A DNA stretch of 32,000 nucleotides. Origin: Vallitalea sp. GTDB lineage: Bacteria > Bacillota > Clostridia > Lachnospirales > Vallitaleaceae. The position numbers and the translations under genes are program-made. Below, in pieces: positions 19,642 to 28,858 of the stretch (the first letter of the stretch is position 1; each line of letters begins with the position of its first letter). The notes under the pieces were generated by a model. That model saw only the letters and a program-made list of their open reading frames with translations, was not told the origin of the DNA and searched no databases. The stretch covers positions 193,075 to 225,074 of the forward strand of contig JAOASG010000044.1 of the NCBI GenBank assembly GCA_025210235.1, written 5' to 3'.

Positions 19642-20274
19642 CTATATCTCTCCTTTCAATAGTTCCTCAAATTCTCCTATTAACTTTTGTTTAAGGGTAA
19701 TATTTCTTGCAGCAGCTTTATTTTCTGCATTAATTATTGAATGAATATCTTCTACACATTCTTCTAAATCATCATTAATTACAATATAATCATATTTATC
19801 TATTATATTTACTTCTTCATAAGAACGCTTCAATCTTTTATTAATAATATCTGAACTCTCAGTTCCTCTTTTCTCTAATCTTTTTTTAAGATCAGTTACT
19901 TTTGGAGTTGTAATAAAGATTAAAACTGCATCTTCATATTGTGATTTTATATCAATAGCTCCTTGCATCTCTATTTCTAGAATTACATTCTTGCCTTGCT
20001 CAAGATTAGATTCAACAAACTTCTTAGGTGTTCCATAATAATTATCACAGTAACTTGCCCATTCTATAAGTTCATTGTCCTTAATCATTCTTTCAAATTC
20101 ATCACGGCTATCAAAAAAATATTCTCTTCCATGTTGTTCATATTCTCGTGGTTTTCTAGTAGTAGATGATATTGATAATACATAGTCACCTTTTGATAAA
20201 AGTTCTTTTACTACAGTACCTTTTCCAGCACCAGAAAATCCTGATATAATTATAAGTATTCCCTTTTTTATCAT
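19642..20274 (-). CDS. gmk: guanylate kinase
   Basis: 210 aa. GFSGAGKGT P-loop, STTRKPR motif. Confidence 0.95.
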   Translation of the reverse strand: MIKKGILIIISGFSGAGKGTVVKELLSKGDYVLSISSTTRKPREYEQHGREYFFDSRDEFERMIKDNELIEWASYCDNYYGTPKKFVESNLEQGKNVILEIEMQGAIDIKSQYEDAVLIFITTPKVTDLKKRLEKRGTESSDIINKRLKRSYEEVNIIDKYDYIVINDDLEECVEDIHSIINAENKAAARNITLKQKLIGEFEELLKGEI

Positions 20275-20347
20275 ATTATCACCTTTTATTATGTTTTTTC
20301 TAGGTAATTGAAAAACTAAGAATTCTAACAGTTTTACAATTACTTAT

Positions 20348-20608
20348 TTAAGTTTCTTTTATATCTATGTTATCTTTTTGCAACCTTTGACCTATTGTTT
20401 CGGGAATTATAGCTGATAATATAATATGCCCACTATCCATTATAATAACAGCTCTTGTTTTCCTACCGTGAGTTGCATCAATTACTTTTCCATCATCCCT
20501 ACCGTTTTGTACTAATCTTTTAATTGGCGCAGATTCGGGACTAATAATACTTATAATTCTATTCGCCGATACCATATTCCCATACCCTATATTAACTAGA
20601 TGTATCAT
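20348..20608 (-). CDS. remA: DUF370 protein, RemA-like biofilm/extracellular-matrix regulator
   Basis: 86 aa. [29 protein letters not shown]...[12 protein letters not shown] matches the RemA/YlzA family. Synteny yicC-remA-gmk. Confidence 0.88.
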   Translation of the reverse strand: MIHLVNIGYGNMVSANRIISIISPESAPIKRLVQNGRDDGKVIDATHGRKTRAVIIMDSGHIILSAIIPETIGQRLQKDNIDIKET

Positions 20609-20621
20609 ATTAAATCCTCAC

Positions 20622-21497
20622 TTATTCAATATTTTGGATTTGCTCACGAATTTTTTCAATTTCGGTTTTAAGCTCTAACCCATTATTAGATATTGTAACA
20701 TCATTTGATTTTGATAATATAGTATTAGATTCTCTGTTCATTTCTTGTAAAAGAAAATCTAATTTACGCCCTATTGGTATGTTTTTATCTAGAGTCTCTT
20801 TCATATGCTCTATATGACTTTCAAGTCTAACGATTTCTTCATCAACACAACACTTATCTGCAAAAATAGCTACTTCAACAGCTAATCTTGATTCATCAAT
20901 AGAATTCTTTAATAATTCATTAATTCTATTTTCAAGTTTTATTTTATATTCTTCTACTACATATGGTGCTCTTTCTTTAATGTTTTGTACTAATGTATTA
21001 ATTGTATTGAGTTTTTGTATTATGTCTTTTTTCAACAATTCACCTTCAGTGGCTCTTGTTTCAATAAGTTTATCAACAGCTATTTCTACTGCATGATGCA
21101 TAATATCCCATAATAATTCTTCATCCATCTGTTGTTCTTCTAAAGTAATAACATCAGGATATCTAGTCATGTGTGATACCTTTATATCATTATCTAAACC
21201 GTATTTTTCACTAATTATTTCAAAATACTTTAGATACTGACTAATTAAGTCTTCATTAAGTTTAATACATTCATTTCCTTCAGAATTATCTTCGTAAGAA
21301 ATATAGATATCAATTTTACCTCTAGATATTCTTTGTTTAATATAATTTCTTATATTATTTTCTAAAAAACTTATTTTTTTTGGCATTCTAATATTAATAT
21401 CACAATATCTATGATTAACAGATTTTATTTCAACTGTCATCTTTCTATCATTTGATACATATTCACCTCTGCCAAAACCAGTCATACTTTTAACCAA
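20622..21497 (-). CDS. yloC: YicC/YloC family stress-induced endoribonuclease-like protein
   Basis: ORF 20622..21506 (GTG). KSMTGFGRG N-terminus and C-terminal DUF1732-like EIEKIREQIQNIE. The start is ambiguous: GTG 21506, TTG 21497 or ATG 21485. Confidence 0.88.
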   Translation of the reverse strand: MVKSMTGFGRGEYVSNDRKMTVEIKSVNHRYCDINIRMPKKISFLENNIRNYIKQRISRGKIDIYISYEDNSEGNECIKLNEDLISQYLKYFEIISEKYGLDNDIKVSHMTRYPDVITLEEQQMDEELLWDIMHHAVEIAVDKLIETRATEGELLKKDIIQKLNTINTLVQNIKERAPYVVEEYKIKLENRINELLKNSIDESRLAVEVAIFADKCCVDEEIVRLESHIEHMKETLDKNIPIGRKLDFLLQEMNRESNTILSKSNDVTISNNGLELKTEIEKIREQIQNIE

Positions 21498-21682
21498 TAC
21501 AATCACTCATTTCTAATATATTTCCACATAAATAAATGTAAAAACATATTTTAGTTTCTTTTCTTTACATAATATCCTTAGGGTATTATACCCTACTAAG
21601 CATATCTAGTCAACCGAACTAATTTATGTCTAAACTAATTCTAAGATAAATCATTCCAATATAAATCCATTAGTTCACATAT

Positions 21683-22171
21683 AGCTCGTGATGGGTATAT
21701 GGTATTATAATAACTTGCCTTACCCTGAGAAGCGGCCGGTCTGCGTTATTCTAATACCATATACCCTTTTGAGGGTACGTTATTGCATACTTGAATATGA
21801 AGTATTTATCGTGAGTACCTAGGCTTGACTATTAGCATACTAGACAAGTAAGTATTCCTTTTTAGTTAACTTAAGTAATAACTATTATATCTTTTTCAGT
21901 TTAGTCTGCTAAGCCCTTCTTTAATATTGACTTACTACCACATTAATTAGCCCAGCCAATGGGTATTTATTTATGGAAGTTTTATTTATAAATGATTCGC
22001 TAGACTTACTTAATGAATGGAAATGAAATTTTCCGTGAAAAAAACACGACGTTTTTTTAGCTCATCTGAAGCACGGACGCTGAATATGAGCGTTAGGAAA
22101 ATTTCATTGGAATGAATTTAGTAAGTCACAAGAATTTATCCTAAAACTGGAATAAATAAATACCCATTGGC
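21683..22171 (+). ncRNA. unclassified ORF-free structured element, copy B (paralogue of 1793-2183)
   Basis: H1 at 21693-21766. Conserved linker GGTACGTTATTGCATAC. An extra ~95-nt domain is closed by AGTAAGT/ACTTACT. The rod has a perfect 20-bp base (21955-21974 with 22152-22171), an 8-bp stem (22003-22010 with 22120-22127) and a perfect 12-bp stem (22023-22034 with 22096-22107). Strand is tentative. Confidence 0.6.
21693..21766. repeat. conserved hairpin repeat H1, copy B
   Basis: Same 22-nt arms as copy A (21693-21714 and 21745-21766). 30-nt loop TTGCCTTACCCTGAGAAGCGGCCGGTCTGC. Confidence 0.85.
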
Positions 22172-22201
22172 GGAAGACTATGTTGATATTAATCTTCTAA
22201 T

Positions 22202-24190
22202 CTATTTGAATTGATTTTCATGTTTTTTAAAGAAATCAAAACGTGGCTCTAAATATTTAAGTTTATGATCAGTAGCATTTTCAGCAAAATAATGTATAGG
22301 TTCAAAAATATAATCCCAGTTCCATATATTCGCATTTACATTTAAATATTCTCTTACCAATTCACAGCTGCTTGGAGCAATTGGATGTATTAATGTAATA
22401 GCAGTACGCACGCCATGAAAAGCATCTATTAATACTTGTTTTCTCAAATCATTATCATCATTGGTATCTGCTTGTTTCATTTTATTAACCCAGTACTTAT
22501 TAAGTTTACGAATATAACTATCTAAAACATATATAATTCTATGAAAATCATGATTATACATATGTTTTTCATAATTTAAAACAGCATCTTCAGATAGCTT
22601 TCTTATCTCTTCGCTAACTTCTCCTTGTGGAATACTTGAATCAAAATATTTTTGTGCCGTATAGAAACTAGATCTAATAATTCTATTAAATACATTAGTA
22701 AGTAAGTTTCCGTCTTTTAAAACAGTATCATTTCCTGTTCTCTCTTCTTCATCCATAAAAGCTTCCGGCATAAAGCTAACACTTTTCTTAGCTAATCCTA
22801 GACTTAAAAAGTGCATTCTTAACTGTTCATGTGTGTAATGATCAAGTAATTCATGAGCCATAGGTGGTTTAATTTCACTACTACTACTTGCTTTTTTATC
22901 CATAAATAATACATGATTATTAGGAATTAAATGAGGTAAATTAATATTATCAAAATTTAAGTCTTCTTTGTTTTTATCAAGCAACGCTAAAAACATTCCC
23001 ATTTCTGCAATACCATAAAAATATATATTATCTTCACCTATAAATTGGTATACTTTAGAATCTTTTGAGTTAAACCATTCTTTCCAAGCATCTTGATCTT
23101 TACCAATAGATTCAAGATATGTTCTTGCAAAAGATATTGGTGCCCATAAAGATTCAGGCCAAACCCAAAAAGTTAAATCTTTTAAATCTTCTTTTTCTGG
23201 AACACTAATACCCCAATCAATATTACCAGATAATCTAAATGGAACTAATGTTTTACCTGTTCTAAATCTTAATCCCATTTCATCAAATACTTTTCTAGCC
23301 TTATCTCTATCATCTAAATTATCAAATACAAAAGTAATAGAAGGTTTTTTTGGTTCATCAATCATTGTATGTTTAGGTAATTTCTCTTGTATACTAGATA
23401 TATCACCTTCTATTTGCTTACGTTTAACATAAATAATTGGTGGTTTTAGAAATTCTTCTATAGTTTTTAATAAATATTTACGACAATTAGAATTTTTCTT
23501 AAGGTATTCTATATACTCTTTCAAAACATCTGTATATTCATCTAATTTGAAGTACCAATTTGTAACTTCTCTAAGTTCTGGTGTTTTTCCTGATAAAACA
23601 CTTTTAGGATCAATTAACTCACTAGGCATATACATATGTCCTAATGAACATTCATCAGCATATCCTTTATCAGAGTTACAACCTTCTATAGGACATTTTC
23701 CTACTACTTGTCTACCATTTAATAAAACTTTTTCTTCTGGATCATAGAACTGTGGAGTAGATAATTTAACTAGATAGTCATTATCATATAACTTATTAAA
23801 TATCTCATCAGATACTTGTTTATGAATTTCACTAGCTCTATCTAATGCTGAAGCAGCATATAAATTAAGATTAATTTCATATTTATCTAGTACTTCTTTT
23901 TGTTTTATATGATTTTCTCTTACATAATCTTCAATGGAACCTTCATATTGATTTTCATCAACTAATTTTTTATAACTTGCTAAAATAGGAGAACCATAAC
24001 AATCCGTCCCAGAAACAAAAATAACATTTTCTTCTCCAATTCTGTCTCTTAAAAATCTTGCATAAGTATCTGCATGAATAAATACCCCGCCAACATGACC
24101 AAAATGTAATTCTTTATTACCATAAGGCATACCTGCTGTTACAATAGCTCTTTTTGGAAAAATAGGTCTTTTTCTTGTATACTCTTTCAT
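22202..24190 (-). CDS. metG: methionine--tRNA ligase-like class I aminoacyl-tRNA synthetase (divergent, long form)
   Basis: ORF 22202..24235. HFGH (HIGH) motif and GTDCYGSPI. The zinc knuckle CPIEGC...ECSLGH and PSELIDPKSVLSG align by eye to E. coli-type MetRS. KASSS replaces KMSKS. Start trimmed to ATG 24190 (MKEYTRKRP), 7 nt after AAGGAG. The ORF extension overlaps the T-box terminator. Confidence 0.8.
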   Translation of the reverse strand: MKEYTRKRPIFPKRAIVTAGMPYGNKELHFGHVGGVFIHADTYARFLRDRIGEENVIFVSGTDCYGSPILASYKKLVDENQYEGSIEDYVRENHIKQKEVLDKYEINLNLYAASALDRASEIHKQVSDEIFNKLYDNDYLVKLSTPQFYDPEEKVLLNGRQVVGKCPIEGCNSDKGYADECSLGHMYMPSELIDPKSVLSGKTPELREVTNWYFKLDEYTDVLKEYIEYLKKNSNCRKYLLKTIEEFLKPPIIYVKRKQIEGDISSIQEKLPKHTMIDEPKKPSITFVFDNLDDRDKARKVFDEMGLRFRTGKTLVPFRLSGNIDWGISVPEKEDLKDLTFWVWPESLWAPISFARTYLESIGKDQDAWKEWFNSKDSKVYQFIGEDNIYFYGIAEMGMFLALLDKNKEDLNFDNINLPHLIPNNHVLFMDKKASSSSEIKPPMAHELLDHYTHEQLRMHFLSLGLAKKSVSFMPEAFMDEEERTGNDTVLKDGNLLTNVFNRIIRSSFYTAQKYFDSSIPQGEVSEEIRKLSEDAVLNYEKHMYNHDFHRIIYVLDSYIRKLNKYWVNKMKQADTNDDNDLRKQVLIDAFHGVRTAITLIHPIAPSSCELVREYLNVNANIWNWDYIFEPIHYFAENATDHKLKYLEPRFDFFKKHENQFK

Positions 24191-24232
24191 AATAAGCTCC
24201 TTATATAGTTTGTTTTTAAAATTTTTTAAATA

Positions 24233-24288
24233 CAAAAAACGCTCCTACAAACATAGTATATGTTAAAAAAACATTAGTTTGTAGGGGC
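24233..24288 (-). terminator. T-box intrinsic terminator
   Basis: CCCCTACAAAC (24277-24287) pairs with GTTTGTAGGAGC (24241-24252), followed by GTTTTTTG on the minus strand. Confidence 0.85.
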
Positions 24289-24568
24289 GAATTGTATCGC
24301 GATACCACCCTAATTTATCAGTATGTCACCATACCAATCTCATCAAGTACATAGTATACTCAAGTTCTGTAACGTGAACAAACGTTATATCATCACTTAC
24401 TATATAATTAAGAAGAATTTAATAAATAACATCTCTTCTACTATAATAAGATCCGTATACGGCTTAGAGTCTTGGTTCATTAAATATCCACTATTCCTTT
24501 TTCAGCAACAGGAACTCTCTATAAGCTTTTATTTAACTACTCTTCTCGTCATTGCCTTTATCTTCATT
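24233..24568 (-). promoter_or_regulatory. T-box leader (tRNA-sensing transcription attenuator) controlling the MetRS-like gene
   Basis: Minus strand shows GACGAGAAGAGTAG (GA/K-turn plus AGTA), AGAGAG bulge, distal TTCC..GGAA loop and T-box sequence AAATTAGGGTGGTATCGCG (24296-24316). A terminator competes with the T-box. Confidence 0.9.
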
Positions 24569-24575
24569 TTTTTAC

Positions 24576-24604
24576 AGTATATTAGATGTTAAATATTTTG
24601 TCAA
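24576..24604 (-). promoter_or_regulatory. sigma-A type promoter of the T-box leader
   Basis: TTGACA (24599-24604), a 17-nt spacer, then TATACT (24576-24581) on the minus strand, immediately downstream of the citrate synthase stop. Confidence 0.7.
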
Positions 24605-24610
24605 GACATA

Positions 24611-25966
24611 TTATCTTTCACTTAACTTCTTATAATCTCTACTCTCTGTAATATTTTTATATGCAGGTCTAATTATTCTATTACATCCATAGTATTCCTC
24701 TATTCTATGTGCACACCATCCACCAATTCTAGCTATTGCAAATATAGGTGTATATAACTCAGGTGGTATTTGCAACATACTATACACAAATCCTGAATAA
24801 AAATCCACATTAGCACATATTTCTTTTGAAGATCCCTTTACTTCTGCAAATACTTCTGGTGCTAATTTTTCAATAGTCTCATATAGTTTAAATTCTTTCA
24901 TCATATCTTTTTCAATAGCTAATTCATTAGCTTTCTTTTTAAGCATAACGGCTCTTGGATCAGATAATGTATAAATCGCATGACCCATACCATAAATAAG
25001 ACCTGATTTATCATTTACTTCTTTATTTAATATTCTAGCTAAATATTTTCTAATTTCATCTTCATTTTCCCAATCTTTAATGTTGGCTTTAATATTATCC
25101 ATCATTTGTCTTACTTTATTATTAGCACCACCATGTTTTGGCCCTTTTAAAGAACCAATTGCTCCTGCTACAGCAGAGTAGGTATCTGTTCCTGAGGATG
25201 AAATTACTCTTGTAGTAAAAGCAGAGTTATTACCTCCACCATGTTCCGCATGTAGTACTAAGCATAAATCTAGTAATTCTGCCTCTGACTGAGTAAATTT
25301 ATTATCCATACGTAACATATACAAAAAGTTTTCTGCAGTACTTAAGTTTGCTGTAGTATTATGTATATATAAACTTTTATTATCATAATAATGGGACTTA
25401 GCTTGAAAAGCATATGCAACAAATATTGGGAATCTAGCTATTAATTCCATACATTGTCTTAACATATTTTCAATACTTGTATTATCAGGATCATCATCAT
25501 AAGAATAAGTTGCTAATACACATCTAGCTAATTTATTCATAATATCTGGACTTGGGGCTTTTAAAATCATATCTTCTGTAAATCCATCAGGCAATTCTCT
25601 ACTTTCCCCTAGTATCTCGTTAAACTCTTTGAGTTCACTTTTAGAAGGTAATGACCCAAATAACAATAAATAACATACTTCTTCAAACCCATATCTTTTT
25701 TCTGATTGAAATCCATCAACTATGTTCTTAACATCAATACCTCTGTAGAACAATCTACCTTCTGCAGGAATTTTTTCTTCATTTATTATATTATATCCGT
25801 TTACATCTCCAATTTCAGTAAGCCCTGCAAGAACACCAGTACCATTATTATTCCTTAATCCTCTTTTTACTCCAAATTTATCATATAGTTGTATGTCTAT
25901 CTTATTGTTTCTTTCTGCTAGATTAGTAAATTTTAGGATTCTCCTATAAATCTCTTTATTACACAT
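24611..25966 (-). CDS. citrate synthase family protein (citrate/2-methylcitrate synthase)
   Basis: ORF 24611..26014. GPKHGGAN and YGMGHAIY motifs. Start trimmed to ATG 25966 (MCNKEIY), 9 nt after AAGGAG. Confidence 0.88.
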   Translation of the reverse strand: MCNKEIYRRILKFTNLAERNNKIDIQLYDKFGVKRGLRNNNGTGVLAGLTEIGDVNGYNIINEEKIPAEGRLFYRGIDVKNIVDGFQSEKRYGFEEVCYLLLFGSLPSKSELKEFNEILGESRELPDGFTEDMILKAPSPDIMNKLARCVLATYSYDDDPDNTSIENMLRQCMELIARFPIFVAYAFQAKSHYYDNKSLYIHNTTANLSTAENFLYMLRMDNKFTQSEAELLDLCLVLHAEHGGGNNSAFTTRVISSSGTDTYSAVAGAIGSLKGPKHGGANNKVRQMMDNIKANIKDWENEDEIRKYLARILNKEVNDKSGLIYGMGHAIYTLSDPRAVMLKKKANELAIEKDMMKEFKLYETIEKLAPEVFAEVKGSSKEICANVDFYSGFVYSMLQIPPELYTPIFAIARIGGWCAHRIEEYYGCNRIIRPAYKNITESRDYKKLSER

Positions 25967-26110
25967 TAATATCAGCTCCTTAATTATATTGTATTTATAT
26001 TTATAAGCAACCATTAATAAATATAAAAATTATAGTTGATTTTTTGTATTCTTTTTTGATTTTTTTATAAAATAATATCATCATTGAAATTAATATGACA
26101 GTTTAACTAG

Positions 26111-26123
26111 AATTGTATACAAT
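26111..26123. promoter_or_regulatory. palindromic operator-like site AATTGTATACAAT (site 1)
   Basis: Perfect palindrome ATTGTATACAAT. The same core recurs at 26249-26262 and a half-site CTTGTATAC at 26184-26192. All lie in the 500-nt untranslated region upstream of citrate synthase. Confidence 0.4.
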
Positions 26124-26248
26124 CGTGCATATCATTAATTTGAGTCTTAGTTGCTCTAGAATTCGACATTTACAAAATTAATACTTGTATACTATTGTAA
26201 TATAAAATTCTCCATTTTGCAAGTATTATTCTGTTAAACGAATTGAAT

Positions 26249-26262
26249 AATTGTATACAATT
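26249..26262. promoter_or_regulatory. palindromic operator-like site AATTGTATACAATT (site 2)
   Basis: 14-bp perfect palindrome, 138 bp from site 1. Confidence 0.4.
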
Positions 26263-26443
26263 TATTAGTTTAAATATTCCAACTATTTTTACCTCACATT
26301 ATTTAGTATATTTATACGTCATTACCTTTTACTCCATTCTCCCCTCAAGAAATTTTTATAATAATATCTATCATATCTAAATAAAAACTCAATTTCTATT
26401 ATATGCTATTTTATAATTTTAATGTTATTCTTTTATAAATAGC

Positions 26444-26493
26444 AAAAAAATCATGGTGATATATAAGTTTTTACTAATATCACCATGATTTTT
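26444..26493. terminator. bidirectional rho-independent terminator ending the GH112 operon
   Basis: AATCATGGTGATAT (26449-26462) pairs with ATATCACCATGATT (26477-26490), a perfect 14-bp stem flanked by A7 on the left and a T-run on the right. Confidence 0.88.
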
Positions 26494-26515
26494 ACATAAT
26501 TATACTACTTAACGA

Positions 26516-26680
26516 TTATCTACTTTTTCTATTGTATAAATATAATTCAAATAAAATTCCAAAAAGGCCTATCAACATAATAGTTAATCCAAAATAACTC
26601 TTTATGCTTTGCCCCTTTGCAACTAAATAAATTGAAAGAACAAAAAAAACAGCCACACATAAAGCTTTAATTTTTTTCAT
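26516..26680 (-). CDS. hypothetical small membrane protein (54 aa)
   Basis: Hand-translated: MKKIKALCVAVFFVLSIYLVAKGQSIKSYFGLTIMLIGLFGILFELYLYNRKSR. Its ATG (26678-26680) abuts the GH112 stop codon (26681). Two hydrophobic segments. It sits inside the operon, before the terminator. Confidence 0.5.
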   Translation of the reverse strand: MKKIKALCVAVFFVLSIYLVAKGQSIKSYFGLTIMLIGLFGILFELYLYNRKSR

Positions 26681-28852
26681 TTAATCACCCACTATTTTTG
26701 CCCAACGAATCTCATAGGCTTCTAAATTCGTATCAAAAGCATTACCTTCTCCATTATAAATTATAGATTTTTGAGGCGTATCTGAATTATTTACTATAGC
26801 ATATTTTTTAATATCAGGATATGCATGTACCTCTACAAAAATATTATTAGCGAACCATTTATATAATTGTTCTTCCTTATGAGCACAATAATACATACTT
26901 CTTAGCAGTAATCGATTATTCTCTTCATTATACGGAAGTCCCGCCATATAAACGCATCTACCTTTTCCATATTCATTAGCGGATAAATGAACTTCTCCAT
27001 TGCTATATTCAATAATTTCTGTTTTTTCACTCAGCGAATAAATATTTTTCATACTTTCTCCAAAATCAATTGGTTTTATTGTATCTTCAGTAATGAAATG
27101 TCTCTCCTCTTGTTCTATATAATATTTATCTGTACTCAAGGAAAAACCTATTTCCTTATCTACTCCTAAAGCATCAGCTAATTGAAAATATTTTCCTTGA
27201 TAGTGTTTTGCAGAAGGTTCTCCTACACCTATAAAACCTCCTCCATTATATATCCATTTCCTAATAATAGTTATAAGTTTTTCATCAAGCCATTCCTCGC
27301 CTCCACTAAATGACGTATTATGGTCTCCAGCATTTATTAATACATCTATATCCTTTGGAATCCCTTTTTCTTTTATCTCACTAAAACTCATAAATGAAAC
27401 ATCTACATTAGCACCACTTAAACATTCTAATATTCCTAGGTATGAATAGATCTGTTTATACCATATGGCATGAGCAACCATATGAGTTTGCCATGATCTA
27501 GTTTTCCCCCATGAGTTAATAATCATAACCTTTAAACCACAATATGGCTTTATTCCTTTTATATTATTATAAATCTCTCTAAATTCATCACATACATTTT
27601 CAATATAATCTATAAATTTAGGAAACTTATAAGCTAGCGATAAATATCCACCATAACCAATTCTGTCAACAGGTTTTCTCATAATAGCACGTCTTGCAGC
27701 TATCCAATTTTCTTTTGCTTCAACTGTAGGATCATTACCTTCTTTAAAAGTATCTGGAAAGAAATAAGGCAAAAATCTACCTTCGGTATATTTGACTCCT
27801 GGAATTTCCGAAATCATCCTTAGTGTAGCTCCATTATTAACAGAACCAATAACAGCATCTATACCTATATTATGGAAATATTCACCATAAGGTTCTGTAC
27901 CAATCCAGTTATCTCCTAAGAACATCATAGCCTCTTTACCTGCTTCATGTACCTTATCAACAAGCTTCTTAGCTGTTTTTGATACAAATTGTTGTTGAAA
28001 ATCCATAAAATCCAAAAATCTTTTTGAAGGTATTCTAAAAGGATTATTATAGTAACCCTGGTCAATTATATCTTCCGGCCTTAATTTATAACCTTTTTCT
28101 TTTTCAAATGCTTCAAATGCTTCTGTCGATACACTCGCACTATAACCAAACCAATCTACAAACTTTTCTTTACCTATATTATTAAATATAAGAGTAAAAT
28201 GATAAAAAAATGTTGTAAATCTTACTACATCACTATAATCATTTTCCTTAAGCCATTTATCAATATACTCCAATATGTACTTCGCAGATTTAGTAGATCT
28301 TACATTAAAAGGGATATCATGTTCTTTTTCTCCCCAGCTATTTGTTATATGATTATACATTTGTGTTGGATCCCATATTGCATATGCCAAAAATGAAACT
28401 GTATATTTATGAAAGAGCTTTGTTTCATAAATTATTACTTTGTTTTCTACTTTATCTATATCCCACTTCTTGGTATCTACAACTTGTCCAGTGGTTCTAT
28501 CTATTACTTCCCACCATTCCTTGGGATTATGAATATAATCAGGTTTTACTTGCTGAGAAAAGTAGTTTTCCATAAAATATATTTCTAACTTATCTGAATA
28601 CGCTAAAACAAATTCACTCATTAAGTAAAACTGTTGGCACTCCTCCATATTTTCCCTTGCAAAATCATTGTGCCCTCTACTTACAAAATAGGTGCTGTAA
28701 ATCTTTGCATCTAATTTTTTAACATCTTCTGAGAGTTTAGTTCCATCACAATCTCTGATTGCATCAGCTCCCAATCTTTCTAATATCTCCTTTGTTTCTT
28801 TTAAAAATCCTTCCTCACTAGGAAGAGTCACATTACCTTTAAATTTTGCCAT
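26681..28852 (-). CDS. gnpA: 1,3-beta-galactosyl-N-acetylhexosamine phosphorylase (GH112, galacto-N-biose/lacto-N-biose phosphorylase)
   Basis: 723 aa. Many blocks resemble Bifidobacterium LnpA as I recall it: LPSEE, GADAIRxxDGT, WEVxDRTTG, YTVSFLAY, VVRFTTFFY, GKEAMMFLGD, PGVKYTEGRFLPYFFPDTF, GYGGYLSLA, GLPY. Confidence 0.9.
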   Translation of the reverse strand: MAKFKGNVTLPSEEGFLKETKEILERLGADAIRDCDGTKLSEDVKKLDAKIYSTYFVSRGHNDFARENMEECQQFYLMSEFVLAYSDKLEIYFMENYFSQQVKPDYIHNPKEWWEVIDRTTGQVVDTKKWDIDKVENKVIIYETKLFHKYTVSFLAYAIWDPTQMYNHITNSWGEKEHDIPFNVRSTKSAKYILEYIDKWLKENDYSDVVRFTTFFYHFTLIFNNIGKEKFVDWFGYSASVSTEAFEAFEKEKGYKLRPEDIIDQGYYNNPFRIPSKRFLDFMDFQQQFVSKTAKKLVDKVHEAGKEAMMFLGDNWIGTEPYGEYFHNIGIDAVIGSVNNGATLRMISEIPGVKYTEGRFLPYFFPDTFKEGNDPTVEAKENWIAARRAIMRKPVDRIGYGGYLSLAYKFPKFIDYIENVCDEFREIYNNIKGIKPYCGLKVMIINSWGKTRSWQTHMVAHAIWYKQIYSYLGILECLSGANVDVSFMSFSEIKEKGIPKDIDVLINAGDHNTSFSGGEEWLDEKLITIIRKWIYNGGGFIGVGEPSAKHYQGKYFQLADALGVDKEIGFSLSTDKYYIEQEERHFITEDTIKPIDFGESMKNIYSLSEKTEIIEYSNGEVHLSANEYGKGRCVYMAGLPYNEENNRLLLRSMYYCAHKEEQLYKWFANNIFVEVHAYPDIKKYAIVNNSDTPQKSIIYNGEGNAFDTNLEAYEIRWAKIVGD

Positions 28853-28858
28853 TATAAA

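Noticed and set aside
21577-21600. Palindrome CTTAGGGTATTATACCCTACTAAG as a third, truncated H1 copy (shares the GGGTAT...ATACCC ends)
   Set aside because: The similarity to H1 is only 6-8 nt, and copy A has no counterpart. It is more simply a small hairpin in the yicC promoter region.
24323-24592. 89-aa plus-strand ORF upstream of the MetRS-like gene
   Set aside because: It lies opposite the T-box leader, whose conserved elements explain this region.
772-28575. Antisense shadow ORFs opposite well-supported genes: 772..975, 1021..1323, 2555..2758, 3723..3911, 4645..4941, 5335..5700, 10372..10821, 10947..11174, 12835..13053, 13627..13830, 14593..14814, 15671..16015, 16208..16429, 17679..17882, 19415..19627, 23547..23747, 26987..27169, 28199..28396, 28342..28575
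   Set aside because: Each lies entirely opposite a gene with clear family motifs. They have low-complexity, Ser/Phe/Ile-rich translations typical of the reverse frame of AT-rich genes, and no RBS.
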